Positions 1 through 8,896 of a stretch of 64,000 bases of DNA are shown piece after piece. The DNA comes from a virus. Below the pieces are notes generated by a model, which had not been told where the DNA came from, did not search any database, and worked only from the letters and a program-made list of their open reading frames with translations. Position 1 is the first letter of the stretch. Every line of letters starts with the position of its first letter. Both the position numbers and the translations under genes were made by a program. The stretch is taken from the IMG/VR virus record IMGVR_UViG_3300042359_000621; one strand, written 5' to 3'.

Positions 1-1
1 G

Positions 2-136
2 AGACTCCACACCGGAACCCCCGACAGCTTGAGTAAAACTCCTAACTCGAATCGGGAGTCTTGGAAGGATACGTCAACGGGAATAGTTTATACCGCTTTC
101 AATGGCGGTTGGGTGGCAGGAGGTGGCTCTAGTTGA
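2..136 (+). CDS. 3' end of a CDS that starts upstream of the window (hypothetical)
   Basis: Open frame from the window edge (..GIVYTAFNGGWVAGGGSS*). Its TGA at 134-136 overlaps the ATG at 136 of the next gene. Confidence 0.3.
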   Translation, partial: RLHTGTPDSLSKTPNSNRESWKDTSTGIVYTAFNGGWVAGGGSS

Positions 137-894
137 TGCTTCAATTCACCTGTGGAAGTTCTTTGGCTTTGGATTTGACCCCGTTTGACGGGGTTGTGAT
201 CGGCTATCACTGGCAACCTTTTAATCAAGATGGCACGAAGAACTCTCTGAATTTCCCTAATAAAATCATCCGAGCGCAGTTTTTATATGGCAACAAACAT
301 CACAAACCCTGCCCATTTTCCGGTTGTGATTCAATTATTGAATGGGTGCATAGAAGGGTTGAGAGATTTCCACAGATCACTGAGTGGGTGTTAGTAAATG
401 AGTGGAGCGATGACCTTGGGGTTCCGTATCCCAACTATTCCCTCGATAGTTTAAAGCGTTATTGTGAAGCTGCCTATACTGCTAATCCTAGCGCGCGAAT
501 AATTTTAGGAGATTTCAGACCACATCTTCTGAATAAATGGCGTGCGATCGCTAATATCTGCCACGAACTAGCTAAGGATTTTCCGGTAGAAGTTGGGATT
601 CAAACTCACATCAAAAGCTATAACGCTCCCGTTATTTTGGCTCGTCTCCCTGAAATAATTGGGATGTTTGGCGATATTCCGGTACATTTTATTGAGGCGA
701 GTTTGTGGTATAAGTCGGATCTTGATAAACTCGCCTGTGATTTCTTATGGAGGGAGTTGGAAGCGATCGCAAATAATCACCAAATCAAATCATTTTGTAA
801 TTGGTGGCTGTGTTCTGAGGATGCGGAGGTTGGGCGGCGGATGCCTACTTTTGAAAACTTGCAGTTATATTCAAGCACTTGGTTGATCAATTAA
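133..894 (+). CDS. Putative TIM-barrel glycoside hydrolase (clan GH-A like); possible lysin or polysaccharide depolymerase
   Basis: The ORF has VLVNEW (an NE acid/base-like motif) and a later HFIEASLW (a candidate nucleophile Glu). The true start is probably the ATG at 136. Confidence 0.4.
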   Translation: MMLQFTCGSSLALDLTPFDGVVIGYHWQPFNQDGTKNSLNFPNKIIRAQFLYGNKHHKPCPFSGCDSIIEWVHRRVERFPQITEWVLVNEWSDDLGVPYPNYSLDSLKRYCEAAYTANPSARIILGDFRPHLLNKWRAIANICHELAKDFPVEVGIQTHIKSYNAPVILARLPEIIGMFGDIPVHFIEASLWYKSDLDKLACDFLWRELEAIANNHQIKSFCNWWLCSEDAEVGRRMPTFENLQLYSSTWLIN

Positions 895-2322
895 ACACAT
901 ACCATGGGTAGCGTAATATTCTGGTAATTCAGGCTCAATACTATAGTCCGACAATTCAATAACCCCATTATTACAAGCTATTATTTTATCTACGCTTGGA
1001 TATTCTCCTTCTGTCTTATTACCTAGTATTAATACACTGTTTTTTTGTCCCATTTTAACAATTGAATGTCTCTGTACAATATAATTGTCCATAAAAACAC
1101 TGTCTAATATATTCATTGATTCAATATCTACCAAGTAAATTCTAGCGATATTATAATAATCTCCGGTCACTCCATCTATAAATGGTGCATCTCCACCGTT
1201 TGCAAGAATAAGTAACTGAGTATCATCTTCTATTAAAAAGGTTTGAATATTTTTTGACGTGTTACCAGTAGACGAAGGAAATGTGTCAACAAAGTCCCCT
1301 GAAATTATATTGGCATTTTCATCAATTACTTGAATAAATAGTGTGGAAGTAGTACCACCATCTTGTGGCATGGTTTCTGTTAGCCGAGAAAAGTTATATA
1401 TTAAAATAATTTGACCAGGTTTTTTCTGTATATTAAAATCCATCAAGCCAACGGCGAAAGCATCGCCAGGAAATTCAGGAAACCCTATTTGAAAACTTCT
1501 TAATAATATGGAGTCACTATAAAAAGAATCTTCTGTTTCAATGGTTGAAATATTGTATATATTTGCTAACACATTTACGATCATATACTTTTTAGTGATA
1601 TTATCTTCAGGTATCCATTCCCATACAAGATAAATTTCTGTTCTGATAGCAAGGATATTACCATCATCCAACAATACCTCAAGATGTTTATTGTAAATAC
1701 CACCATCAACATTTTCGGGAACAAAGCTGCGTGTTGAGTTAAAATCTATATCACGGCTTGTAGTAAATTGATAATTGGAATCAAAATATATCAATTTACC
1801 TCTTAATGTTTGATATGATTCACCATTTTTTGTATATCTGTTAAAACCTGAGTTTGGCAACATCAAAAACAATATTGAATTTTGGGAAACAAGATGTGAT
1901 GTACTCGTTCTATAGGCATAAGAAGTTTGACCATTATCTTCCAATCGGACGGGCATAGTAAAACTATCTCCCACTTTTTCAATATTTAATTTTTTTATTT
2001 TTAGAAAAATTCCACGCCAAGTAAATTGTTTCACTACACCATTTTCATCAACTAAGGGTGAATCGTAACATAAAAAGAAATATTCTTTAGACAATTTTAT
2101 AAAATTTATAGGGTAAAAAAGTTCAGTATAGCCAAACGTATCGTGCAACCTAGCATCAGGTAAAGGTATTTTTGATTCTATCTTTATTTTTTTGTCACTT
2201 GATTGATTTATTATCCTTGTTTCTAAAAAAGTATCTTGCTGCATATAGTTATCAAAAAACAATATGATCCTGTGATACCTTAAAGCTGATGTCTTGAATT
2301 TAAAAGCACCATTAATTTTCAT
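871..2322 (-). CDS. Hypothetical protein, AT-rich, N/I/F/Y-rich and probably all-beta
   Basis: 483-aa ORF with a 4-nt overlap to the downstream gene. Noticeably lower GC than its neighbours, and no HIP1 site. Confidence 0.6.
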   Translation of the reverse strand: MKINGAFKFKTSALRYHRIILFFDNYMQQDTFLETRIINQSSDKKIKIESKIPLPDARLHDTFGYTELFYPINFIKLSKEYFFLCYDSPLVDENGVVKQFTWRGIFLKIKKLNIEKVGDSFTMPVRLEDNGQTSYAYRTSTSHLVSQNSILFLMLPNSGFNRYTKNGESYQTLRGKLIYFDSNYQFTTSRDIDFNSTRSFVPENVDGGIYNKHLEVLLDDGNILAIRTEIYLVWEWIPEDNITKKYMIVNVLANIYNISTIETEDSFYSDSILLRSFQIGFPEFPGDAFAVGLMDFNIQKKPGQIILIYNFSRLTETMPQDGGTTSTLFIQVIDENANIISGDFVDTFPSSTGNTSKNIQTFLIEDDTQLLILANGGDAPFIDGVTGDYYNIARIYLVDIESMNILDSVFMDNYIVQRHSIVKMGQKNSVLILGNKTEGEYPSVDKIIACNNGVIELSDYSIEPELPEYYATHGMCLIDQPSA

Positions 2323-3164
2323 ACTACTATTATCTCACTACTGTCAAAATAGATATATGTTTCTATTGTATCATAAGCTGGAGACAAAAAGATTGGGGCT
2401 GTATATCCATGAGCAAAAGCCACTAATGAATCATTGTCTTTGTCAACAGAAAACAAAAATAATATATTAGCTTTATTGTCATCTCCCCCTACATACTGAA
2501 CCCCCGTAGATAACTGCATAGACACCCAAGGAGTAAAAGTGGAGACTGTGTTAACAACCTGGATATTTGTATAGTCAACCGTAGTAACGGATTTAGTTAT
2601 AAGTCCAGATAAAAGGTCGCTAGACTTGGTTAATATAATCCCGTTATCATCTACCACAAACGAAGCTAAAGATTGAGAGGTGACACCAAACCCCGTAAAC
2701 CAATCAACATCCGAACTAAACCATGTCATGCACTCCCTAGAGAAGCAGTCCAAAGGGGGAGCCGTGGTAACATTCCGATCTGTTTTATCGTAATTAGAAA
2801 CGGTTATAATCTCGTTTTGCTCATCTCCAATTCTGAACAAAAACAATGACTTTGCTTTATTAATCTTGTTTTTATCTATCTTAACCGAATCATTATAGCC
2901 AACATAAACGGGGGATGATTCCGGTCGGGTGTAGGCAAAGGGGTTCTTAATTGATATTGTCCCTATAGGTGCTTCTAAAAATTCGGCTTCAGTGTTGAGG
3001 CATAACCATTCTGAGTTAGTTGTTGAATGAAACATGGGGACAATCGTTGATATTCCCAACCCATAACTAGCACTTGAATCCCATTGTTTCTTGGCAACTA
3101 ACTCCAAAAATTCAATCGTTGGCAGTAGAGAAACCGAGCTAACATAATCAGTTGTTGTTGACAT
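2319..3164 (-). CDS. Hypothetical protein, AT-rich, partner of 871..2322
   Basis: 281-aa ORF whose stop overlaps the start of 871..2322 (ATGA-type coupling). Confidence 0.6.
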   Translation of the reverse strand: MSTTTDYVSSVSLLPTIEFLELVAKKQWDSSASYGLGISTIVPMFHSTTNSEWLCLNTEAEFLEAPIGTISIKNPFAYTRPESSPVYVGYNDSVKIDKNKINKAKSLFLFRIGDEQNEIITVSNYDKTDRNVTTAPPLDCFSRECMTWFSSDVDWFTGFGVTSQSLASFVVDDNGIILTKSSDLLSGLITKSVTTVDYTNIQVVNTVSTFTPWVSMQLSTGVQYVGGDDNKANILFLFSVDKDNDSLVAFAHGYTAPIFLSPAYDTIETYIYFDSSEIIVV

Positions 3165-3179
3165 TGCGATCGCCCTCCC

Positions 3180-3455
3180 CTAATTTCTTTTCCACGCTTT
3201 CCTGCAATCTTCAGAAGTGAACTTATATAGCGTTCCGTTGTCACGAGATGCCTCCCCTCCTTTCTGACCTATTTCAGTTATATGGTCTTTGTTCTGAGAT
3301 GTTTTTGTTCCGCCTTCACTGCAATCCTCAGAAGTGAACTTATATAGCGTCCCGTTGTCACGAGATGCCTTCCCGCCTTTGCTAGAAATCTCTCGACGTT
3401 TTTCTGGACTCATAGCAGCAAATCCATATTTCTTTTTCTTATTTTCTGGTTCCAT
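3180..3455 (-). CDS. KGG-repeat stress-induced protein (general stress protein type)
   Basis: Two KGG motifs (SSKGGKASRDNGTLYKFTSEDC and GQKGGEASRDNGTLYKFTSEDC). The internal repeat is also visible at the nucleotide level. Confidence 0.7.
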   Translation of the reverse strand: MEPENKKKKYGFAAMSPEKRREISSKGGKASRDNGTLYKFTSEDCSEGGTKTSQNKDHITEIGQKGGEASRDNGTLYKFTSEDCRKAWKRN

Positions 3456-3576
3456 AATTAATAAATTTAAGTTAATATTATTTTAACACAAATATTTTAT
3501 TATAAAAAAAAGTATCTGAGTTTGTAGAGCATCTCAGATACTTTTAAACAACCACACGCACTAGGAGTAAACAACA

Positions 3577-4128
3577 ATGATTATACAACAACTTTGTCTG
3601 TTTGAAACACAACCATCACTAATTGATTCAAACGAAAATTATACCCCATCTGATTTGATTGATTTAGTCCATAAGTTTTATGGATTTCCTGAATTAGACC
3701 CTTTTAGCTGTGAACAAGCTAATCAAATTATTAAAGCTCAAAAGATATTTACAATTCAAGATGATGGATTTAAACAGAACTGGAGACGGGCTAAAACACT
3801 CTGGTTGAACCCTCCCTACAGCGCGGGATTTATTGAGAAGGTTGTCGATAAATTGATTGCAACATTGAACGAGACTGAAGCGGAAGCATTCTTGTTAACC
3901 AATACCGACAACAGTACGGTTTGGTACAAAAAGGCTTTGAATCGGTGCGATCGCTTCTGCCTACCGTCAACTCGGTTAACTTTTTATTCCCCAAAACGGG
4001 CGCAGGATGGGAAGAAACAAAACCAAAACCGATTCTCCCAAACTCTATTTTATTTTGGATTGCAACCTCAAAGATTTGAGGAAATTTTTGAGGGTTGGGG
4101 AACTGTTTGCCAGACTTCCAAATGGTAA
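3577..4128 (+). CDS. Phage-type DNA N6-adenine methyltransferase (Dam family)
   Basis: NPPYS catalytic motif (WLNPPYS) and an upstream ELDPFSC motif. Size and order are typical of phage Dam. Confidence 0.75.
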   Translation: MIIQQLCLFETQPSLIDSNENYTPSDLIDLVHKFYGFPELDPFSCEQANQIIKAQKIFTIQDDGFKQNWRRAKTLWLNPPYSAGFIEKVVDKLIATLNETEAEAFLLTNTDNSTVWYKKALNRCDRFCLPSTRLTFYSPKRAQDGKKQNQNRFSQTLFYFGLQPQRFEEIFEGWGTVCQTSKW

Positions 4129-4134
4129 AAAATA

Positions 4135-4160
4135 ACCCCTGTAAATTAATTTACAGGGGT
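4135..4160. terminator. Bidirectional hairpin between convergent genes
   Basis: Perfect 13-bp palindrome ACCCCTGTAAATT/AATTTACAGGGGT between the ends of 3577..4128 and 4187..4399, with A/T-rich flanks. Confidence 0.55.
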
Positions 4161-4186
4161 TTAAAGTTTTAGCTATTAATCACTGG

Positions 4187-4399
4187 TTATATATCGCCAC
4201 GACTGACCTCGCGCCGAAGATCCAGGTCTTTATTTAAAACAAATACTCCATCTTGGAGTTCAATCAAATAGCCTGGTTTCAGTGCTTCAAAGATAGATCC
4301 TTGACACCGATCTGCTTTTTTATAATCCCCTGTAGACGCTAACTTGCCTTCCACGAAATTCAGAAAACCATCTTTGTTAAAGATTTTAATATCTCTCAT
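4187..4399 (-). CDS. Hypothetical protein
   Basis: 70-aa ORF in the minus-strand operon. Confidence 0.45.
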   Translation of the reverse strand: MRDIKIFNKDGFLNFVEGKLASTGDYKKADRCQGSIFEALKPGYLIELQDGVFVLNKDLDLRREVSRGDI

Positions 4400-4457
4400 T
4401 TGCTTTGTCCTTTATCAATCATTAATTTAGGGTGCTTTTTATTTGTTGAAACTTAAC

Positions 4458-4655
4458 CTATAAAGTAATCGTTTTTCCTGTTAAAAGATTTTCGAGAGCA
4501 ACTCGATTTTCCATTAGGTGAATGGACTCTCCATCAAGACACTGAGATCCTATCTCGCCCTTTCTAATTTTCAAACAGTGGCTTGTTTTATTTGTCATTA
4601 CCACCACAGGAATAGGGGGATAAGGTGGGGCTACTATGTATGCCGATAATTTCAT
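4458..4655 (-). CDS. Hypothetical protein
   Basis: 65-aa ORF in the minus-strand operon. Confidence 0.35.
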   Translation of the reverse strand: MKLSAYIVAPPYPPIPVVVMTNKTSHCLKIRKGEIGSQCLDGESIHLMENRVALENLLTGKTITL

Positions 4656-4708
4656 AATTATTGATTTAGTCCTCTGCGCTAACTCCTATTATAGTACAAA
4701 TCAAACCC

Positions 4709-5176
4709 TCAATATCTCCGCCTTAAATATTCTGCCAATAATAACGCCTCTGCCCTCCCGTGATGTTTTTCGAGTTTAAGATTGTTAGTTTCACCTGGAA
4801 ACATCTGCAACGCCATCACCCTTGACGCTTTCTTATCTTTTCCTATTAGGCTGTAGTGCTTTTTCCATGCCTGGGGAGTAACAAACTCCATCGGGATTCC
4901 TAGCGTTGCAATAATCCCAAGCCAAATCCCAAAACCCATCCCAAAGTTAAAAGTAGAAGATACCCCTTGCTTGGGCATTGCATGAACATTCTCAATAATT
5001 AGGTGAGTATTGATGGTGATCATTTCCTTCAGTCCAGATGCCATTAATGTCGGGTTGGGGCGTATCTTTCCACTAATCTTAATCACTGGACAGTCGAGAA
5101 ATTTAACCTCACCATTAGAAATCCTACACACTGCCCCCGTCGCTCCGGGGTCAATTCCGATAAATGTTTTAGTCAT
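4709..5176 (-). CDS. RuvC-like Holliday junction resolvase (phage type)
   Basis: N-terminal FIGIDPGATGAV, IIENVHAMPKQG and a C-terminal acidic/His region, with the expected size for this family. Confidence 0.7.
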   Translation of the reverse strand: MTKTFIGIDPGATGAVCRISNGEVKFLDCPVIKISGKIRPNPTLMASGLKEMITINTHLIIENVHAMPKQGVSSTFNFGMGFGIWLGIIATLGIPMEFVTPQAWKKHYSLIGKDKKASRVMALQMFPGETNNLKLEKHHGRAEALLLAEYLRRRY

Positions 5177-5489
5177 TATCCGTTGTTGTTTGTAAATAGT
5201 TGATAACAGATGGGCTATAGTCAGATATTAAAATTCTTTCAATTGCCCAAGAGAAGTTGTATTTATCAATTTTTTCACCAAGTCTTCTGCTTAGAATTTT
5301 AAATATTATTCTGATTTTATCGCCAATATAAGCAGATCCATAATTTAGATTTTTGGCAATCTCAGGATAAGTATTGTCGTTTAATATTCCCTCGAGAATC
5401 TTTCTAGTCAAGCTATCAAGATGTTTTCCGGTCTCGGAAAATACCAAACTATCAACCAACCAGATATATTCTAACTGTTCCCTAGTCAC
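5169..5489 (-). CDS. HTH DNA-binding protein (LuxR / sigma-70 region 4 like)
   Basis: LTRKILEGILNDNTYPEIAKNLNYGSAYIGDKIRIIFKIL resembles a LuxR-type HTH. Confidence 0.4.
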   Translation of the reverse strand: MTREQLEYIWLVDSLVFSETGKHLDSLTRKILEGILNDNTYPEIAKNLNYGSAYIGDKIRIIFKILSRRLGEKIDKYNFSWAIERILISDYSPSVINYLQTTTDND

Positions 5490-5772
5490 CTATAAAATCT
5501 CCCTCCGCATGGTAGATCCCATTATGAATTTTAAAACCTTCAATATTCTCGGTTTCAATATCCGAAAAACTTACCCGTTCACTAACCATCCAGATTAGTA
5601 ATTTTTCTAAAGTGTCAAAAGCTGGAAGGTGTGGCAGTTCAAGCCTTAATCTATCGGGTGTTCCAAAAGCACCTTTAAAGTGAGTGCTGAATTTAAAGAT
5701 AGAATAATGGCGATCGCTTACCCCTCTTGATATTTTTTCCACTTCATCGAGTAGGCATCCTAAGTTTTCCAT
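5482..5772 (-). CDS. Hypothetical protein
   Basis: The track ORF 5482..5814 was trimmed to the ATG at 5772 (MENLGCLL), which lies 1 nt after the upstream stop. Confidence 0.45.
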   Translation of the reverse strand: MENLGCLLDEVEKISRGVSDRHYSIFKFSTHFKGAFGTPDRLRLELPHLPAFDTLEKLLIWMVSERVSFSDIETENIEGFKIHNGIYHAEGDFIGD

Positions 5773-5773
5773 C

Positions 5774-6049
5774 CTAAGTTTTCCATCCTTTCTTAGCACT
5801 GTTGGCATCCGCAAAAGCTATATGATCTCGCGTTACCTGCCACTTGTAACGAGGTCTTAGTCCCTCTCCAATCCTAACACAATCCGAGTCTGTATCAGTC
5901 AAAGGAATCGCGCCGTTCTGATATTTAAACAGGGCTTTTGTTACCCAGTTAATATCAGTTAATTGTTGATTTCCCCCGCGCTTTTTTGCTGTCTCAACAA
6001 CTAATTCCGCGATCTCTGGATAATCTAATTTTAATTTTGCTTTTGCCAT
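5774..6049 (-). CDS. Hypothetical protein
   Basis: 91-aa ORF. Confidence 0.45.
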   Translation of the reverse strand: MAKAKLKLDYPEIAELVVETAKKRGGNQQLTDINWVTKALFKYQNGAIPLTDTDSDCVRIGEGLRPRYKWQVTRDHIAFADANSAKKGWKT

Positions 6050-6212
6050 TAAGACTCCTGTTCGTTATCTATGGTTTTCTTCATTCCTGAGTTAACAGGT
6101 GTTAGTCCCTCTCGCCACGCCAACCATCGGGTTTGCTGGTTTAGTTTGGAGGCGTTATAGTCTTCTAGGGTGATGTTCCAATCCTCAATAGGGGAATAGT
6201 TTTAATTTTTTA

Positions 6213-6581
6213 TTATTTTAGATTGGAAAAAGAAATAGCTAATGTATTTTTTATCCCACCATATAAATCATAAAATTCGACAATTATTGATTCATTTGGT
6301 TTCATCACTCGATAACTTCTATCAAAATATCCTGAACAATAGTCTGTACCGTAATCTTTTTTACAAATAACACGAAAAGGGATATCTGAAGTGATGTTTA
6401 ATTGTTGAGGTATATCTAAAGGATTTTTTATTATGTATTGTGTTTTTTTGTTTTTTGATATAAAAACTAGATAATTTCCTGAACGATTAAATATCGTTCT
6501 ATTTTCATTAGCTAAACATAAATTAGCAAAAGATATGCTCAATAATGTAACAGTCAATAGTGATAAAAACAGTTTTTTCAT
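6213..6581 (-). CDS. Secreted or periplasmic protein of unknown function
   Basis: N-terminal signal peptide (MKKLFLSLLTVTLLSISFANLCLA). Very AT-rich. Last gene of the 8861-to-6213 unit. Confidence 0.55.
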   Translation of the reverse strand: MKKLFLSLLTVTLLSISFANLCLANENRTIFNRSGNYLVFISKNKKTQYIIKNPLDIPQQLNITSDIPFRVICKKDYGTDYCSGYFDRSYRVMKPNESIIVEFYDLYGGIKNTLAISFSNLK

Positions 6582-6625
6582 TATTTTTTCTTGTTTTGTT
6601 TTATTGTAATTTTACCATTATTTTA

Positions 6626-8518
6626 CTACATATCAGGTAAAAAGTTTACACTTCTGAAACCATTAATTTCCTTGATTAGTTTTTGACCTAAACCAAAATT
6701 TTGCAATTCATCAAATATTAACTCAGTATTTTCAGCATTCAAACCGAATTGAGTTCTGAGTGATGACTTGCGGTAACAGTCACGGGCGGGTATAGGTTCA
6801 CCCTTAAATATTTCTTTGATAAAATTAAACACCGCTTGAGCTGATGGTGAAAGTGTTTTATCCGGCAATACTTTATTGGCTGTACCATTCCACGAAGGTT
6901 TATATTTGGCTTGTAATTCAGATTCAAGGCTTAAACGCTTTTGCTCGTCCCAACCTTTTGTAATATAAAAAGCAACCTTCACAGATAGATTACCAACAGA
7001 TTCAAGATGTTTCTTGACGTGATGTTCCCAATCACCTCGATTATTCCAACGCCTCCAAAGGTCTTTAGATTGACCTATATAGAGGGGATTTTGATAGCCG
7101 TCAACAAATACACAGTATACCCCTGCTTCGTGTTGTGGTAGCCACTGTAAACCACTGGGATAATCAATAGATTGCCATGTGTTGCAATCTAATGGGTTTA
7201 TTGATTGCAGTACACTAGGAACATCTTTTTCAATCTTAGGGAGTGAAACCGTCTTAACGTCTATGGGTTTGTTTAAAAAATTAGGATTCAATAAACCTTC
7301 GGGGGCATTGCCTTTTTTCCTATACTCAACATGATGTTTGTGGGTTGGATGTTCGGCGATTTGATGTTGATTTGATCCACAAACAACAACAGGATAGGGA
7401 GCATTTTGGATATATTGAAATTCATGGGTGTCGTGCTTCCATAGATTTTGAATTTCATTCCTAGCACTAGCGCCACAGAGGATTAAAAGGAAATTATTTC
7501 TAAACTTACCATCAATCCCTATGGCTTCAGTATTATGAGATTGCATAAAACCGATTAAACAAATATCAAATTTCCTGGCGTTAGAAAGTTTCCGAATCGC
7601 ATAAGTAAAGGTCTTAACTCTTTTTTCTTTGCTTTGTAATGGTTTGATAATATCTAATTGTGCTAACTCGGACATCGTGTCGTTAATCTCATCTAAACAA
7701 ATTATTATAGAATGCCCGTCTTTTTCTTTCCGGTTTTCAACTTCTTCAATCAACCAGCACAAAATCTGATAAATTGTTTCAACATCTGATTCAATTCTGG
7801 GAAATCCCATCTGTTCCCAAATGGGATTCTTAGAAGCATGAATATCCAAAACAATCACTTCGGCGGGTCTATGTTGAGTCAATTTACCAATCACGAAACC
7901 AGCGCCTAGAGATGTTTTTGCGCTCCCAGAATTTCCCCCGATCAATATTCCCGAAGATTCATCTGCTAATTTATCCCAATTATAAAAGTTTAAGGTATTA
8001 TCAGAGGGAATTTCACAGGGGACGAACGACAATCCATCAGAAGGAATATTATAATTATCTTGATTATATTCTGTAGAAATCTCTCGGTCTAAAACCATTA
8101 ATTGATTCCGGCGAAGATTCCTTTCATTATCTTCTGGTTGGTTTTGTGGCGATGGTGGTGATGGTGGCAATATTTGATTATGGTTTTTGATTGGCGCGAT
8201 CGCCTGTTGGCTTTCGTCTAAATATTTAATATCTCTAATTTTTTCTAATTCATATTCCATACCTAAACGTCGCAAAAATATAGCCTCGGTTTGTTCCTCT
8301 AATTTGGCTTGCAACTTAGATGATTTTTCTGCCTGACACCCCATCACCCAACCCGCAACAGATAACACCGCACCAGCAGATGTTCCAACTATCCCTAATT
8401 GTGGGTTTTTGTTGATTGCCAAAGGTGAGAGAATTGCCAGACTACAGCCAGCAATAGTTAGACCTATTGACCATGTTGACAGGTGAGGATTTTTTAAATG
8501 TTCAGGGGTGTTATTCAT
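6626..8518 (-). CDS. Membrane-anchored P-loop NTPase (FtsK/HerA/TraG-like core) fused to a C-terminal GIY-YIG nuclease domain
   Basis: Two N-terminal TM helices, a Walker-A-like GGNSGSAKTS and a Walker B IIICLDE. The GIY-YIG motifs are GVYCVF..PLYIGQS..RRW..E..N. Confidence 0.7.
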   Translation of the reverse strand: MNNTPEHLKNPHLSTWSIGLTIAGCSLAILSPLAINKNPQLGIVGTSAGAVLSVAGWVMGCQAEKSSKLQAKLEEQTEAIFLRRLGMEYELEKIRDIKYLDESQQAIAPIKNHNQILPPSPPSPQNQPEDNERNLRRNQLMVLDREISTEYNQDNYNIPSDGLSFVPCEIPSDNTLNFYNWDKLADESSGILIGGNSGSAKTSLGAGFVIGKLTQHRPAEVIVLDIHASKNPIWEQMGFPRIESDVETIYQILCWLIEEVENRKEKDGHSIIICLDEINDTMSELAQLDIIKPLQSKEKRVKTFTYAIRKLSNARKFDICLIGFMQSHNTEAIGIDGKFRNNFLLILCGASARNEIQNLWKHDTHEFQYIQNAPYPVVVCGSNQHQIAEHPTHKHHVEYRKKGNAPEGLLNPNFLNKPIDVKTVSLPKIEKDVPSVLQSINPLDCNTWQSIDYPSGLQWLPQHEAGVYCVFVDGYQNPLYIGQSKDLWRRWNNRGDWEHHVKKHLESVGNLSVKVAFYITKGWDEQKRLSLESELQAKYKPSWNGTANKVLPDKTLSPSAQAVFNFIKEIFKGEPIPARDCYRKSSLRTQFGLNAENTELIFDELQNFGLGQKLIKEINGFRSVNFLPDM

Positions 8519-8861
8519 TGTTTCCTTGAGGTAAAGAGAAAAATATCCAACATGAAACCGTTATTGTTAATAATAAAATCCACAATAATAATCTTAAGAC
8601 TATCCAAGATTGTCCTATTCCTAAAGCGTAAAATATGCCAATCAATAAAGATATTGCACCGAATATCAACTCATCAGAATCGGTTGATTGTTGATTCTCT
8701 GATAACAAATAAACTGCCACGCCACCAACAATTGAACCCAGATAAAGACAAATTGATAATACTCTAACCTCTGGATAAGTTAGTGCGAAATGTGACAGTA
8801 AAAAGGAACAAGATAAACCTGTTCCAAAGATTGAAAACTTTTTGACTTTCCATAGTTTCAT
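8511..8861 (-). CDS. Integral membrane protein
   Basis: 116 aa with several hydrophobic helices. Overlaps the start of 6626..8518 by 8 nt. Confidence 0.55.
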   Translation of the reverse strand: MKLWKVKKFSIFGTGLSCSFLLSHFALTYPEVRVLSICLYLGSIVGGVAVYLLSENQQSTDSDELIFGAISLLIGIFYALGIGQSWIVLRLLLWILLLTITVSCWIFFSLPQGNNE

Positions 8862-8863
8862 GT

Positions 8864-8890
8864 TCTGATTGGGGGATGTTTCACCCCCAA
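8864..8890 (-). repeat. Copy 3 of a conserved intergenic hairpin (GGGGGTGAAACATCCCCCAATCAGAA on the minus strand)
   Basis: GGGGG/CCCCC stem with a 7-8 nt loop, immediately upstream of the start at 8861. Related copies lie at 17164-17189 and 17526-17551. Confidence 0.5.
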
Positions 8891-8896
8891 ATAAAT

